Source: Candidatus Poriferihabitaceae bacterium (GTDB taxonomy: Bacteria; Pseudomonadota; Gammaproteobacteria; Arenicellales; Poriferihabitantaceae). Taken from it: a DNA stretch of 64,000 nucleotides. The position numbers and the translations under genes are program-made. Location of the stretch: NCBI GenBank assembly GCA_965226545.1, contig OZ245364.1:1835890-1899889 (forward strand), in the 5' to 3' direction. Each line of letters begins with the position of its first letter. Positions within the stretch are counted from its first letter, which is position 1. Positions 37,445 through 47,311 of this stretch are shown in pieces. The notes under the pieces were generated by a model. The model was given only the letters and a program-made list of their open reading frames with translations. It was not told the DNA's origin and did no database searches.

Positions 37445-39958
37445 ATGGAAACCCCCTTTAACCGATGTAACGCTGTATGCAATGTTGTTTGTAATGGCAA
37501 GGTCACTCCGCTTCGCGTTTTGCGCGCGGCGGGGTTTTTTGCGGTCGCGCTTCTCTTGATGGTTACCTTGGCCGCTTGTTCAGGTGGCGGGGGTGGTGGA
37601 GGAGGTGGGGGTGGCGGTACCCCCGACCCGCCGACGACGATGACGCCGAGCCCGCCGATGACAATGGCGACGGACCCGCCGGGCTCGACTCTAACCTTCC
37701 CGCCCGACCCTGCCGACTTTGACAGGCAGGTGACGACGTATGCAACTACGTATGAGTACAGTCCGAGTTACTTCCTTATTGGTGGCGCTGAGTACACCGA
37801 CCAACACCTGCCGAAAATCAAAGCCGCCTACGCTTATGTGCGAGGCGCAACCGGCAAGGATGTAACGATAACCATATTCGACGACGGCATTTACACCGGG
37901 CATAACGAGTTTGCCGGCGTTGGCAAATTAACTGTGCGCCAACTCATCCAAGGTTATAACCCCGTCGGGAATGACCTGTCTCACGGCACGGCGGTTGCCG
38001 CCGCCGCCGCCGCCGCCCGCAGCAATGCGGATGATTATCGCGTGCTCAACATGCAAGGCGTTGCCTTCGATGCATCCATCGATTTCGTGCCGCTGGATTT
38101 GGCTTATCTCGACGAAGCCGACACCGACCTCAAACGCGCCTTATTGTTTCACGAATTGCTGACTTTTGCCCGCGGCGACATCCTTAATTTTAGTTGGGGC
38201 ATCCCCGGCGCAGTCACCTATACGCCCGCGCAAATCCGCGCAATACTGGATAAAACCGCCTACGCATTGGCGCAACACGGCGTTGACGATGCCGATAAAA
38301 AAATCATCGCATGGGCGGCGGGTAATGACGGCTACAACCGCCCGGGATTGTTGGTCGGACTCGGCGCGGATTTTCCCGAATTGCGCAATATCATCGTCGC
38401 CGTTGTCGCCTTGGACCAAGACGGCAATATCTGGGACGACTCCAACCATTGCGGCGTCTCGAAAGATAACTGCATCGCCGCCCCCGGCGTCGATATTCTG
38501 TCGGCACTTTATGCATACGGGGAGCCAGGAGACCCCCTTCCCGGCCCAACCGATTATGGACAAGTCACCGGCACTTCCTTCGCCGCCCCCATCGTCGCCG
38601 GCTCGCTCGCCGTGATGAAACAATTTTTCCGCAATCAACTCGGCAACACCGAACTGGTCGAACGCCTATTCGCCACCGCCGACCGTGCCGGCAAATATGC
38701 TGACGCCGACATTTACGGACACGGCGTTGTCGATTTGGATAACGCAACCAAACCGCAAGGCATTATCACCGCCGGAATGCCCGGCGATGACGATGCGATA
38801 CCGCTGTCGCAAACCGGCTTCGACTTAAACGGCGATGCCTTCGGCGCGTCGTTTGCCGAGTTGGACAACATCGAAATCGCCGGCTTCGATGAACTCGGCG
38901 CGCCGTTCTTTTTCCCCGCCCATTTGATAATCGACCATGCCGCGCGCGATGCAACGCCGCCGCCGACCAAGTTGACGGCGGCGATGCCGGATGGCGAACT
39001 CGCCTTGCGCGTCGATGGCAATCGATTGACGCAAAGCGGTTATGTGCAACAGGGCAATTGGGTATTGGGCTACGCTGAAAATCCCGGGCAATTTTTTGGC
39101 GCGGCGCGATTGCAATACGGTGGCGACAGTGCACTGTTGCGTGACACTTTTAGTAACGCGTTTAACTTTGCCGACACTGTCAATGTCAACGTTGACCTTG
39201 GCTTCGGCAACGACAACGCATTCGTCTCCCCCTACTTATCCCTCGCCCAACACGGCACAAGCGCAGGTTGGCGGCATAGCGGCGGGCGATTCGGATTCGC
39301 CTTAATGCACGGCAACGCACATTTCGACCAATGGCAAAACCCCGGCGGCGAACGCGGGTTGGGCGTATTGTTGGATTGGACGACGCGCACGCGACAAGGT
39401 GCATTCGCGATTCAAGCCGGCGCGGTGCGCGAAGCGGATTCATTGCTCGGTGCGCGCGCCAATGATGGTGACTTAAGCGCATCGACCCTATTCGCCGGCA
39501 TCAACATCGCCCGCGCATTCGGCGATTGGCAAACTTTGGCAACCGCATATTTCGGCGACACCGACAGCACCGCGCATAATGCCCGTTGGCAAATCGACGA
39601 CACGATTAAAAGCGGTGCCTTCGCCCTCGGCGCAACGCGACATTCCCTGCATCGCCGCCACGATACATTGGCGATTCGCTTATCCCAACCGCTGCGCGTT
39701 GACCGCGCCAAGGCGAAGATGAATATGCCCATCGGACGCACCAAACACGGCGAGGTGATTCACCGGCAACATCACATTGATTTATCGCCGCACGGTCGCA
39801 CCTTACAACTCGAAGCCGCGTATCGAATGCCGTTGAACGGCAAAGGCGCGGGCAAAAGTACGCTGAAAACCGCCATCGGCGTCGAGCGTCATCCGATGCA
39901 CGATGATTCGCGCGGCGATAATTGGTATGCGCGGGTGGCGGTAATGCGGCGCTTTTGA
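37445..39958 (+). CDS. Subtilisin-like (S8) serine protease lipoprotein with autotransporter-like C-terminal beta domain, paralog 1
   Basis: Lipobox LAAC followed by G12. Asp (ITIFDDG), His (SHGTAVAAA), oxyanion Asn (AWAAGNDG) and Ser (GTSFAAPIVAG) are present. The last ~280 aa have an alternating hydrophobic pattern ending ...WYARVAVMRRF (terminal Phe). Confidence 0.8.
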   Translation: METPFNRCNAVCNVVCNGKVTPLRVLRAAGFFAVALLLMVTLAACSGGGGGGGGGGGGTPDPPTTMTPSPPMTMATDPPGSTLTFPPDPADFDRQVTTYATTYEYSPSYFLIGGAEYTDQHLPKIKAAYAYVRGATGKDVTITIFDDGIYTGHNEFAGVGKLTVRQLIQGYNPVGNDLSHGTAVAAAAAAARSNADDYRVLNMQGVAFDASIDFVPLDLAYLDEADTDLKRALLFHELLTFARGDILNFSWGIPGAVTYTPAQIRAILDKTAYALAQHGVDDADKKIIAWAAGNDGYNRPGLLVGLGADFPELRNIIVAVVALDQDGNIWDDSNHCGVSKDNCIAAPGVDILSALYAYGEPGDPLPGPTDYGQVTGTSFAAPIVAGSLAVMKQFFRNQLGNTELVERLFATADRAGKYADADIYGHGVVDLDNATKPQGIITAGMPGDDDAIPLSQTGFDLNGDAFGASFAELDNIEIAGFDELGAPFFFPAHLIIDHAARDATPPPTKLTAAMPDGELALRVDGNRLTQSGYVQQGNWVLGYAENPGQFFGAARLQYGGDSALLRDTFSNAFNFADTVNVNVDLGFGNDNAFVSPYLSLAQHGTSAGWRHSGGRFGFALMHGNAHFDQWQNPGGERGLGVLLDWTTRTRQGAFAIQAGAVREADSLLGARANDGDLSASTLFAGINIARAFGDWQTLATAYFGDTDSTAHNARWQIDDTIKSGAFALGATRHSLHRRHDTLAIRLSQPLRVDRAKAKMNMPIGRTKHGEVIHRQHHIDLSPHGRTLQLEAAYRMPLNGKGAGKSTLKTAIGVERHPMHDDSRGDNWYARVAVMRRF

Positions 39959-40157
39959 CGGCGATTGACGCACGCTTTTGACGATTTTGGTGATTTTAAT
40001 GTCGCGCGCGGCGGTTGCAAATTGATGAGTTTTTTGGCATTAATACACCTTAAATATTTCACCGTTAACCGCGCGATTTTTGCGCTACTATGGTGACAAG
40101 TTTGTTTTACATTTATCGTCTACTCTTCACAATCACTTTTATATGGGGGAACTTACG

Positions 40158-42950
40158 ATGATGAACTTCACTATGAAATCCAAATTGAACGCCAAGCGGT
40201 CAGTCGGCGCATTCGAATTGACGATGCGCGGGGTGGCGGGTTGGTTGTTGATGTTGGCGGCGGTTGGTGGGCTTACGGCTTGTTCGTCCGGCGACAGTAG
40301 TTCTGCAAGTGCGCCGCAGAGTCATAACTTCGGGCTTGCCGGGGATTTCCGCAATGTCGACACCAATTGCATCACGACTGATACGGTCGAATGCACGTCG
40401 AGCGAGCCGGCGGAGCCCAGCGACGACACAAATCCCGCCGATTACAAACCTTTGATAGCGGATGTATGCGACGGTACCAATAGCGAGCCCGCTTGGTGCG
40501 ACGGGAGTTACGCATACACACCCGCCGACAACGAAGGGGCGCGCGGTGCGACCGTTTCGATTACATCGCCGGTTGTGACCCTTGCCGACGACCCGGTGAA
40601 TTTCGCCGCGGAAGTGGCGAGGTATGAAAACTCGCAAGAATACATAGGCACATTCATCGTAGCCGGCACCTCTGGCCCCGGCGCGCGCCCGCCGGTCACC
40701 CATGGAACGGTGCAAACGCAACTGCCGCTCATCAAAGCCGCCTATGCTTATGCGCGCGGTGCAACCGGCAAGAATGTAACGATAACCATCGTCGACTCCG
40801 GCATTGACCCCACGCATTACGAGTTTGGCAAACCCGGCCCAGATAACGCACAAAGTCAAATAGACCCAACCAAAACGGTGGCGGACCCGGACAAACTGAA
40901 TGTGCGTTACCTCGATGCATTTGGCAGTGACTATTCGCCGACCGGCTCCAATCTTCTGCACGGCACGGCGGTGGCGTCGGTTGCCGCCGGCAAAAGAAGT
41001 GGCAGAGCCGAGAAAAGTTATCGCTACATTCACGGCGTTGCTTTCGATGCCAACATCGACTTTTTGGCACTTCGACTCGACTCCCTTAACGGCGGACTGT
41101 CCCTCCCCGACGGCAACGTCCCCAGCGACCTCGAATTCGCGACTTTTTTCAGCGGTATCCTTAGCCTAGCGGTGGGCAACATCATCAATTTTAGTTGGGC
41201 ACCGCTCTTCGACCCAATCCACTTAACTCCGCGCGACGACATCCGCGACAGATGGGCGCGCACCGCCGCTGTCTTGGCGCAAACCGGTGAAGCCGACGCC
41301 AACAAAAAAATCATCGTTTGGGCAGCCGGCAATAGCGGCTTTGACTCACCGCACACCCTCGCCGGACTCGGCGTTGATTTCCCCGAACTGCAAAGCCACA
41401 TCATCGCCGTGGTCGGCGTGGATGGAGAAGGCAACATCCACCCCGACTCGAACAAGTGCGGCTTGGCCCACAACTTCTGCATCGCCGCACCGGGCTGGGA
41501 TGTAACGGCGGCGTATTACAACGGGAAGCAACATTACGCCTATGAGGTCGGCGGCACCTCATTAGCCGCGCCAATGGTTTCCGGGGCACTTGCGGTGCTC
41601 ACGGAACTTTTCCGCAACCAACTCAGCGGCACCGAATTGGTCGCAAGATTATTCGCCACCGCCGACAAACAAGGTCGGTACGCCAACGCCGAAATTTACG
41701 GACAAGGCATGCTCGATTTGGACAAAGCCACCAAACCGGTCGGCGGCCAGGTGCAAACTGGCTTCGCCAACGACCCCAACGCCAAACCCTTATCCCAAAC
41801 CGGCTTCGCATTAAACGGCGGCGCATTCGGCGCATCATTCGCCCAATTGGACGACATCCAAATCGCCGGCTTCGATGAACTTGGCGCGCCGTTCTTTATG
41901 TCGGCATCGGCGGTCATTACCCCCGCCGCGCGCGACAAAACGCCGACGCCGGATAAAGTCAGCGCACAACTGCCCGAAGGCGGCGGCGAACTCGCCCTGC
42001 GCATCGGCGCGGACAACATCCCGCAAAGCGGCTATCTGTCGGCAAGCGGCTGGATGGTCGGCTATGGCGAAAACCCCGGGCAATTCTTTAACCTCAGCGA
42101 CAAACGCGACAACCCGTTGCGCGACAGCGTCGCCGGCGCGTTTAACTTCTCCGAAGGCGATCGCAGCCATCTCGCCAAAACCGATTTTGGCTTCAATCGC
42201 ATCGGCTTCGGCAATCAAGACGCCTTCGTCTCGCCGTATCTCGCCCTCGCGCAAAACGGCGCAAGCCTCGGCTGGCGACACGACAACGGGCGATTTGGCA
42301 TCGCCGTGATGCATGGCAATGCGCAATTCGATCAATGGCAAAACCCCGGCGGCGAACGCGGCTTGGGCATATTGATGGATTGGACGACGCAAACCAAACG
42401 CGGCGCAATCGCCATCCAAGCCGGGGCGGTGCGCGAACCCGAATCGATGTTGGGCGCGCGCGCCAATGATTACGCCCTGCAAGCGCAAACCGCATTCGCC
42501 GGCGTAAACTACGCCCGCGCATTCGGCCAATGGGATGCCCTCGCCACCGCCTATTTCGGCACAACCCGCGCGGATTTAAACAATGAATTCTGGCAAGCGG
42601 ATGGCGACATCAAAAGCAGCGCGTATGCCTTGGGCTTCACCCGCGAATCCCTGCGCCGCCACAACGACAAACTCGCCCTGCGCATCACCCAACCCCTGCG
42701 CGCCGAACGCGCCAAGGCAATAATGAACCTGCCCATCGGCCGCACCAAAGCCGGCGAAGTAATCCGCCACGACCAACAAGTCGACTTCGCCCCCCACGGC
42801 CGCACCATCCAGATAGAAGCCGCCTATCAACTCCCCCTCACCACCAAAAACACCCTACACACCGCCCTCGGCATCGAACGCGAACCGTTGCATGACGAAA
42901 CGCTGGATGACAATTGGTATGCGCGGGTGGCGTTTGTGAAGGGGTTTTAA
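40158..42950 (+). CDS. S8 serine protease lipoprotein/autotransporter-like, paralog 2
   Basis: ATG at 40158 after GGGGGAACTTACG. Lipobox LTAC; ITIVDSG, LHGTAVAS, WAAGNSG, GGTSLAAPMVSG. Ends ...WYARVAFVKGF. Confidence 0.8.
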   Translation: MMNFTMKSKLNAKRSVGAFELTMRGVAGWLLMLAAVGGLTACSSGDSSSASAPQSHNFGLAGDFRNVDTNCITTDTVECTSSEPAEPSDDTNPADYKPLIADVCDGTNSEPAWCDGSYAYTPADNEGARGATVSITSPVVTLADDPVNFAAEVARYENSQEYIGTFIVAGTSGPGARPPVTHGTVQTQLPLIKAAYAYARGATGKNVTITIVDSGIDPTHYEFGKPGPDNAQSQIDPTKTVADPDKLNVRYLDAFGSDYSPTGSNLLHGTAVASVAAGKRSGRAEKSYRYIHGVAFDANIDFLALRLDSLNGGLSLPDGNVPSDLEFATFFSGILSLAVGNIINFSWAPLFDPIHLTPRDDIRDRWARTAAVLAQTGEADANKKIIVWAAGNSGFDSPHTLAGLGVDFPELQSHIIAVVGVDGEGNIHPDSNKCGLAHNFCIAAPGWDVTAAYYNGKQHYAYEVGGTSLAAPMVSGALAVLTELFRNQLSGTELVARLFATADKQGRYANAEIYGQGMLDLDKATKPVGGQVQTGFANDPNAKPLSQTGFALNGGAFGASFAQLDDIQIAGFDELGAPFFMSASAVITPAARDKTPTPDKVSAQLPEGGGELALRIGADNIPQSGYLSASGWMVGYGENPGQFFNLSDKRDNPLRDSVAGAFNFSEGDRSHLAKTDFGFNRIGFGNQDAFVSPYLALAQNGASLGWRHDNGRFGIAVMHGNAQFDQWQNPGGERGLGILMDWTTQTKRGAIAIQAGAVREPESMLGARANDYALQAQTAFAGVNYARAFGQWDALATAYFGTTRADLNNEFWQADGDIKSSAYALGFTRESLRRHNDKLALRITQPLRAERAKAIMNLPIGRTKAGEVIRHDQQVDFAPHGRTIQIEAAYQLPLTTKNTLHTALGIEREPLHDETLDDNWYARVAFVKGF

Positions 42951-42990
42951 CGGGTTGCGGTTTTACGCAATTGGCATGCGGTTATTTGTC

Positions 42991-43029
42991 AATGCCGACG
43001 GGTGCTACAATGCCCGTCGGCATTTTTTA
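42991..43029 (+). terminator. Rho-independent terminator after paralog 2
   Basis: aatgccgacggg (42991..43002) pairs with cccgtcggcatt (43013..43024), followed by a T-run. Confidence 0.75.
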
Positions 43030-43093
43030 TTGGCGACAATGCCGACATTGCGAAACAATGCCCGGTGAAACAAGACAGACGAAATCCAAAGTT

Positions 43094-43291
43094 ATGATGC
43101 AAGACAAAATGATGCAGGACAAAATCATCTGCGGCGATGCGGTTGTCGAATTGGCGAAGATGCCGGATTCGACGGTTGACCTTGCAGTTTTCTCACCGCC
43201 GTATGACGGGTTGTGCGCCCGCAAAAAAGCGGTCGTCAACATCAGTTGCGATTGGTGGGCGCAAAATAAGCGCAAAATAACCTTTTCGTAA
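43094..43291 (+). pseudogene. Truncated DNA methyltransferase remnant (N-terminal ~35 aa of homology only)
   Basis: MMQDKMMQDKIICGDAVVELAKMPDSTVDLAVFSPPYDGL is the typical MTase N-terminus through motif IV (SPPY). It then runs into unrelated sequence and a stop after 65 codons. Confidence 0.65.
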
Positions 43292-43332
43292 CCGTTGTAA
43301 CCGTCAATAGTTAACTTTAAATCAGTTAACCA

Positions 43333-44724
43333 TCACTCCCCCGGCGCCACCATCTTCTCCGGGCGCACAATTTCATCGAATTGTTGTTCGGTTACATACC
43401 CGCCGCCAACCGCCGTTTCGCGCAAGGTTGCGCCGGTTTGGTGTGCTTGTTTGGCGATTTTGGCGGCAGTGTCGTAGCCGACGGTGGGGGCGAGGGCGGT
43501 TACTAACATCAGGGAATTTTCGACCAAGGCATCGATGCGCTTGCGGTCGGCTTGGATGCCGGTGATGCAGTTGTCGGTGAAACTCATCGCCGCATCGGAC
43601 AGCAGGCGAATCGATTGCAGGAGGTTGTGGGCGATGACCGGCTTAAATACATTTAATTCGAAATGCCCCTGCGCGCCGCCGAAGGTGACCGCCGTGTGAT
43701 TGCCGATGACTTGCGCGCACACCATCGTCATTGCTTCGCATTGCGTTGGGTTGACCTTGCCGGGCATTATCGATGAGCCGGGTTCGTTTTCCGGCAATTG
43801 CAATTCGCCGATGCCGCTGCGCGGGCCGGAGCCGAGCAGGCGGATGTCGTTGGCGATTTTGTTAAAGCCGACTGCGATGGTGTTCAGCGCGCCGGAGAGT
43901 TCGACCATCGCATCGTGTGCCGCCAACGATTCGAATTTATTCGCCGCCGATTCGAATGGCAATTTGGTAAATTGCGCGACTTGCACCGCGAATTGTTCGC
44001 CAAAGCCGCGCAATGAATTTACCCCGGTGCCGACCGCCGTGCCGCCTTGCGCCAACGGAAAAAGACGCGGCAATGTCGATACAATCCGCGCCCTTGCCAA
44101 CTCGACTTGCCTTGCATAGCCGGAGAATTCTTGTCCGAGTGTCAGCGGGGTTGCATCCTGCAAATGCGTGCGCCCGATTTTGACGATGTCGCCCCATTGT
44201 TTTGCCTTGTCGGCGAGCGCGCTTTGCAGATGCGCCAACGCCGGCAACAGTTGATGATGCAGTTGTTCAGTGGCGGCGATGTGCATCGCGCTGGGGAAGG
44301 TGTCGTTGGAGGATTGGCTGAGGTTGCAATGGTCGTTCGGATGCACCGGCGATTTTGCGCCGAGCGGCGCGCCGAGTTGTTGATTGGCGAGGTTGGCGAT
44401 GACTTCGTTGGCGTTCATGTTGGTTTGCGTGCCCGAGCCGGTTTGCCACACGACCAACGGAAAATGCGCATCGAGTTCGCCGTCGATAACCTTTTGCGCG
44501 CCCTGCACGATGGCTTCGCCAATGTCTTTATCCATCAGATTTTGCGCAACATTCACCCGCGCCGCACAGCGTTTAACAATGCCCAACGCGCGAATCATCG
44601 CGCGCGGCATCCGTTCGGCGCCTATTTTGAAGTTCTGCAGCGATCGTTGCGTCTGCGCGCCCCAATATTTATCCGCCGGCACTTCAATTTCGCCAAATGA
44701 ATCAGTTTCGATGCGGGGTTTCAT
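43333..44724 (-). CDS. fumC: Class II fumarate hydratase
   Basis: [28 protein letters not shown]...[16 protein letters not shown]... Start at the ATG at 44724. Confidence 0.95.
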   Translation of the reverse strand: MKPRIETDSFGEIEVPADKYWGAQTQRSLQNFKIGAERMPRAMIRALGIVKRCAARVNVAQNLMDKDIGEAIVQGAQKVIDGELDAHFPLVVWQTGSGTQTNMNANEVIANLANQQLGAPLGAKSPVHPNDHCNLSQSSNDTFPSAMHIAATEQLHHQLLPALAHLQSALADKAKQWGDIVKIGRTHLQDATPLTLGQEFSGYARQVELARARIVSTLPRLFPLAQGGTAVGTGVNSLRGFGEQFAVQVAQFTKLPFESAANKFESLAAHDAMVELSGALNTIAVGFNKIANDIRLLGSGPRSGIGELQLPENEPGSSIMPGKVNPTQCEAMTMVCAQVIGNHTAVTFGGAQGHFELNVFKPVIAHNLLQSIRLLSDAAMSFTDNCITGIQADRKRIDALVENSLMLVTALAPTVGYDTAAKIAKQAHQTGATLRETAVGGGYVTEQQFDEIVRPEKMVAPGE

Positions 44725-44809
44725 TGCGGCAGTATAGCATTGGCTTAGCATTTATAATGGCGGGGTTTATACTTGGCGTTGTTATACACAAATACTTCGA
44801 GGGTTGATT

Positions 44810-47221
44810 ATGTTTCGCTTTTTATTTGATGAGTTTGGCTGGGCTGGCGTGCGCGTTTTGCGGGCGGTGGTTTTGTTGGTTTTACTTTGTGGGGTAGCGG
44901 GTTGTGGGTCGTCTTCGAGTTCGAGTGGTGGCGAACAACGCAATGTGATATTCGAGAAGCGCGTCTCGCCTGCAGTCACGCTACCCGCCAACCCGGGCGA
45001 TTACACCACCAAGTTGGCAAGTTATGAAGCGTCGTCTGAATACAACTGGACGCTTGTCGATAGGGACGGCACAGAATACCCTGACCCTCAACTTGCCCGC
45101 ATTAAAGCCGCCAACGCCTATGCGCGCGGCGCAACCGGCGCCGGAGTAACGATAACCGTTGTCGACACCGGCATTCGCACGACGCACAAAGAGTTTGGCG
45201 GTAGCGGCAAAGTCACCGTGCGCAACTTGTTCGACGATTACAACCCGGAACTAAGTGACTTATTTCACGGCACGGCGGTGGCGGCACTTGCCGCTGGCAA
45301 CATTAATAACGACGGCGAAATGCACGGTGTCGCTTTTGACGCGAAAATCGACTTTCTGTCGATTTTTCTTAATGACCCATCACCGGACCCTGACCCGACT
45401 GATGTGCCTGACCCTGACGACGGGCAAGACGAAGGCACTGCCGCTTTCTTTCGTGCCATATTCAATGCCGCCAACGGTGACATTCTTAACTTTAGTTTTA
45501 ACGCACCTGGCAAAATCAGCGGTTATTCCCCCGCCGCAATTCGCCGCGGCTGGGCGCAAACCGCCGCCGCAATTGCGCAAGCCGGCACGCTCGATGCCGA
45601 CAAAAAAATCATCGCTTGGGCGGCGGGCAATGCAGGCGAAGATTCACCTGAAGTTTTCGCCGGACTCGGCGTGGATTTCCCCGAACTGCAAAGCATCATC
45701 GTCGCCGTGGTTGGTTTGGAGGCAGACGGCAGAATCGCCGGCCGCTCAAACCGGTGCGGCGTTGCCAAAAACTACTGTATCGCCGCACCTGGCTGGAGCG
45801 TCTACACGGCGGACTTCCGCGGCGATAACGCTTACTTTTTTCAAGACGGCACATCATTCGCCGCCCCCATCGTCGCCGGCTCCCTCGCCGTAATCAAACA
45901 ATTCTTCCGCGACCAACTCGGCAACACCGAACTCGTCGACCGCCTATTCGCCACCGCCGACCGCAGCGGCATCTACGCCAACTCCGACATCTACGGACAA
46001 GGACTCGTCGACCTCGACAACGCCACCAAACCGCAAGGCATGATAATCACCGGGCTGCCGGGCGATAAAGATGCAGTGCCACTATCACAAACCGGCTTCA
46101 CCTTAACCGGCAACGCCTTCGGCGCATCGTTTGCCGAATTGGGCCGAATCGAAATCGCCGGCTTCGATGAACTTGGCGCGCCGTTCTTTTTTCCGGCGAC
46201 CTCATTAATCGCCCACACCGCCCGCGACACCTCGCCCCCGCCGACCAAACTGTCGGCGACATTACCCGAAGGCGAACTCGCCCTGCGCGCCGATGCGCAT
46301 GGCGCAACCCAAAGCGGCTATCTGCAACACAACAACTATCTGCTCGCCTACGGCGAAAACCCCGCGCAATTTTTCGGCAACGCAACCACGCGCGACAATG
46401 TAAACGATGCATTTAACTTTGCCGACAACGACCACCGTTTCAACCACATCAACATCGGCTTCGACAACAACAACGCATTCGTCTCGCCCTACTTATCCCT
46501 CGCGCAAAACGGCACAAGTGCAGGTTGGCGAAACGACAACGGTCGATTCGGATTCGCCTTCATGCAGGGCAACGCACACTTCGACCAATGGCAAGACAAC
46601 GGCGGCGAACGCGGATTGGGATTATTGATGGATTGGACGACGCTCACCAAACACGGCGCAATCGCATTGCAAGCCGGGGCGGTGCGCGAAACCGATTCAT
46701 TGCTCGGTGCGCGCGCGAATCAAAGTGACTTAAGTGCGCAAACATTATTCGCCGGCATCAACATCGCCCATAGATTCGGCGATTGGCAAACCCTCGCCAG
46801 TGCATATTTCGGCAACACCGAACCAACCGCGCGCAATGCCTATTGGCAACTCGACGACACGATTAAAAGCGGCGCATTCGCCTTCGCCGCAAGCCGTGAA
46901 TCGTGGCAAAGCCAACACGACCAATTGACGATTCGATTAACCCAACCGCTGCGCACCGAACGCGCACAAGCGACGCTGAATATGCCGGCGGGACGAACCA
47001 AGTATGGCGAAGTGATTCATCAACAACACGACATCGACTTGTCGCCGAATGGACGCACCTTGCAACTCGAGGCGGCGTATCAAACGCCGGTTGCGATTAA
47101 AAGTCACAGTAAAAACAAAAGCACCGTGCAAACCGCCATCGGCGTCGAGCGACATCCGATGCACGATGCTGCGCGCGATTCGCGGTGGTATGTGCGGCTG
47201 GGGGTTGAGACGCGGTTTTGA
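44810..47221 (+). CDS. S8 serine protease lipoprotein/autotransporter-like, paralog 3
   Basis: ATG at 44810 after GAGGG. Lipobox VAGC followed by a Ser run; ITVVDTG, FHGTAVAA, WAAGNAG, DGTSFAAPIVAG. Ends ...WYVRLGVETRF. Confidence 0.8.
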   Translation: MFRFLFDEFGWAGVRVLRAVVLLVLLCGVAGCGSSSSSSGGEQRNVIFEKRVSPAVTLPANPGDYTTKLASYEASSEYNWTLVDRDGTEYPDPQLARIKAANAYARGATGAGVTITVVDTGIRTTHKEFGGSGKVTVRNLFDDYNPELSDLFHGTAVAALAAGNINNDGEMHGVAFDAKIDFLSIFLNDPSPDPDPTDVPDPDDGQDEGTAAFFRAIFNAANGDILNFSFNAPGKISGYSPAAIRRGWAQTAAAIAQAGTLDADKKIIAWAAGNAGEDSPEVFAGLGVDFPELQSIIVAVVGLEADGRIAGRSNRCGVAKNYCIAAPGWSVYTADFRGDNAYFFQDGTSFAAPIVAGSLAVIKQFFRDQLGNTELVDRLFATADRSGIYANSDIYGQGLVDLDNATKPQGMIITGLPGDKDAVPLSQTGFTLTGNAFGASFAELGRIEIAGFDELGAPFFFPATSLIAHTARDTSPPPTKLSATLPEGELALRADAHGATQSGYLQHNNYLLAYGENPAQFFGNATTRDNVNDAFNFADNDHRFNHINIGFDNNNAFVSPYLSLAQNGTSAGWRNDNGRFGFAFMQGNAHFDQWQDNGGERGLGLLMDWTTLTKHGAIALQAGAVRETDSLLGARANQSDLSAQTLFAGINIAHRFGDWQTLASAYFGNTEPTARNAYWQLDDTIKSGAFAFAASRESWQSQHDQLTIRLTQPLRTERAQATLNMPAGRTKYGEVIHQQHDIDLSPNGRTLQLEAAYQTPVAIKSHSKNKSTVQTAIGVERHPMHDAARDSRWYVRLGVETRF
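46352..47221 (+). repeat. Near-identical ~0.87-kb tract shared with 49139..50002 (3' ends of paralogs 3 and 4)
   Basis: By eye the two tracts differ only by scattered substitutions and one 6-nt indel (SHSKNKSTVQ vs SKSDSTVQ). Identity stops at the stop codons. Confidence 0.85.
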
Positions 47222-47311
47222 TGCGGGAATGATTAAGTCCATTCGTGCAATGCGTAAATCGATAATGTGGTAAATTACTGAACACACAAAACAAGCATCA
47301 CCAACGGAAAA

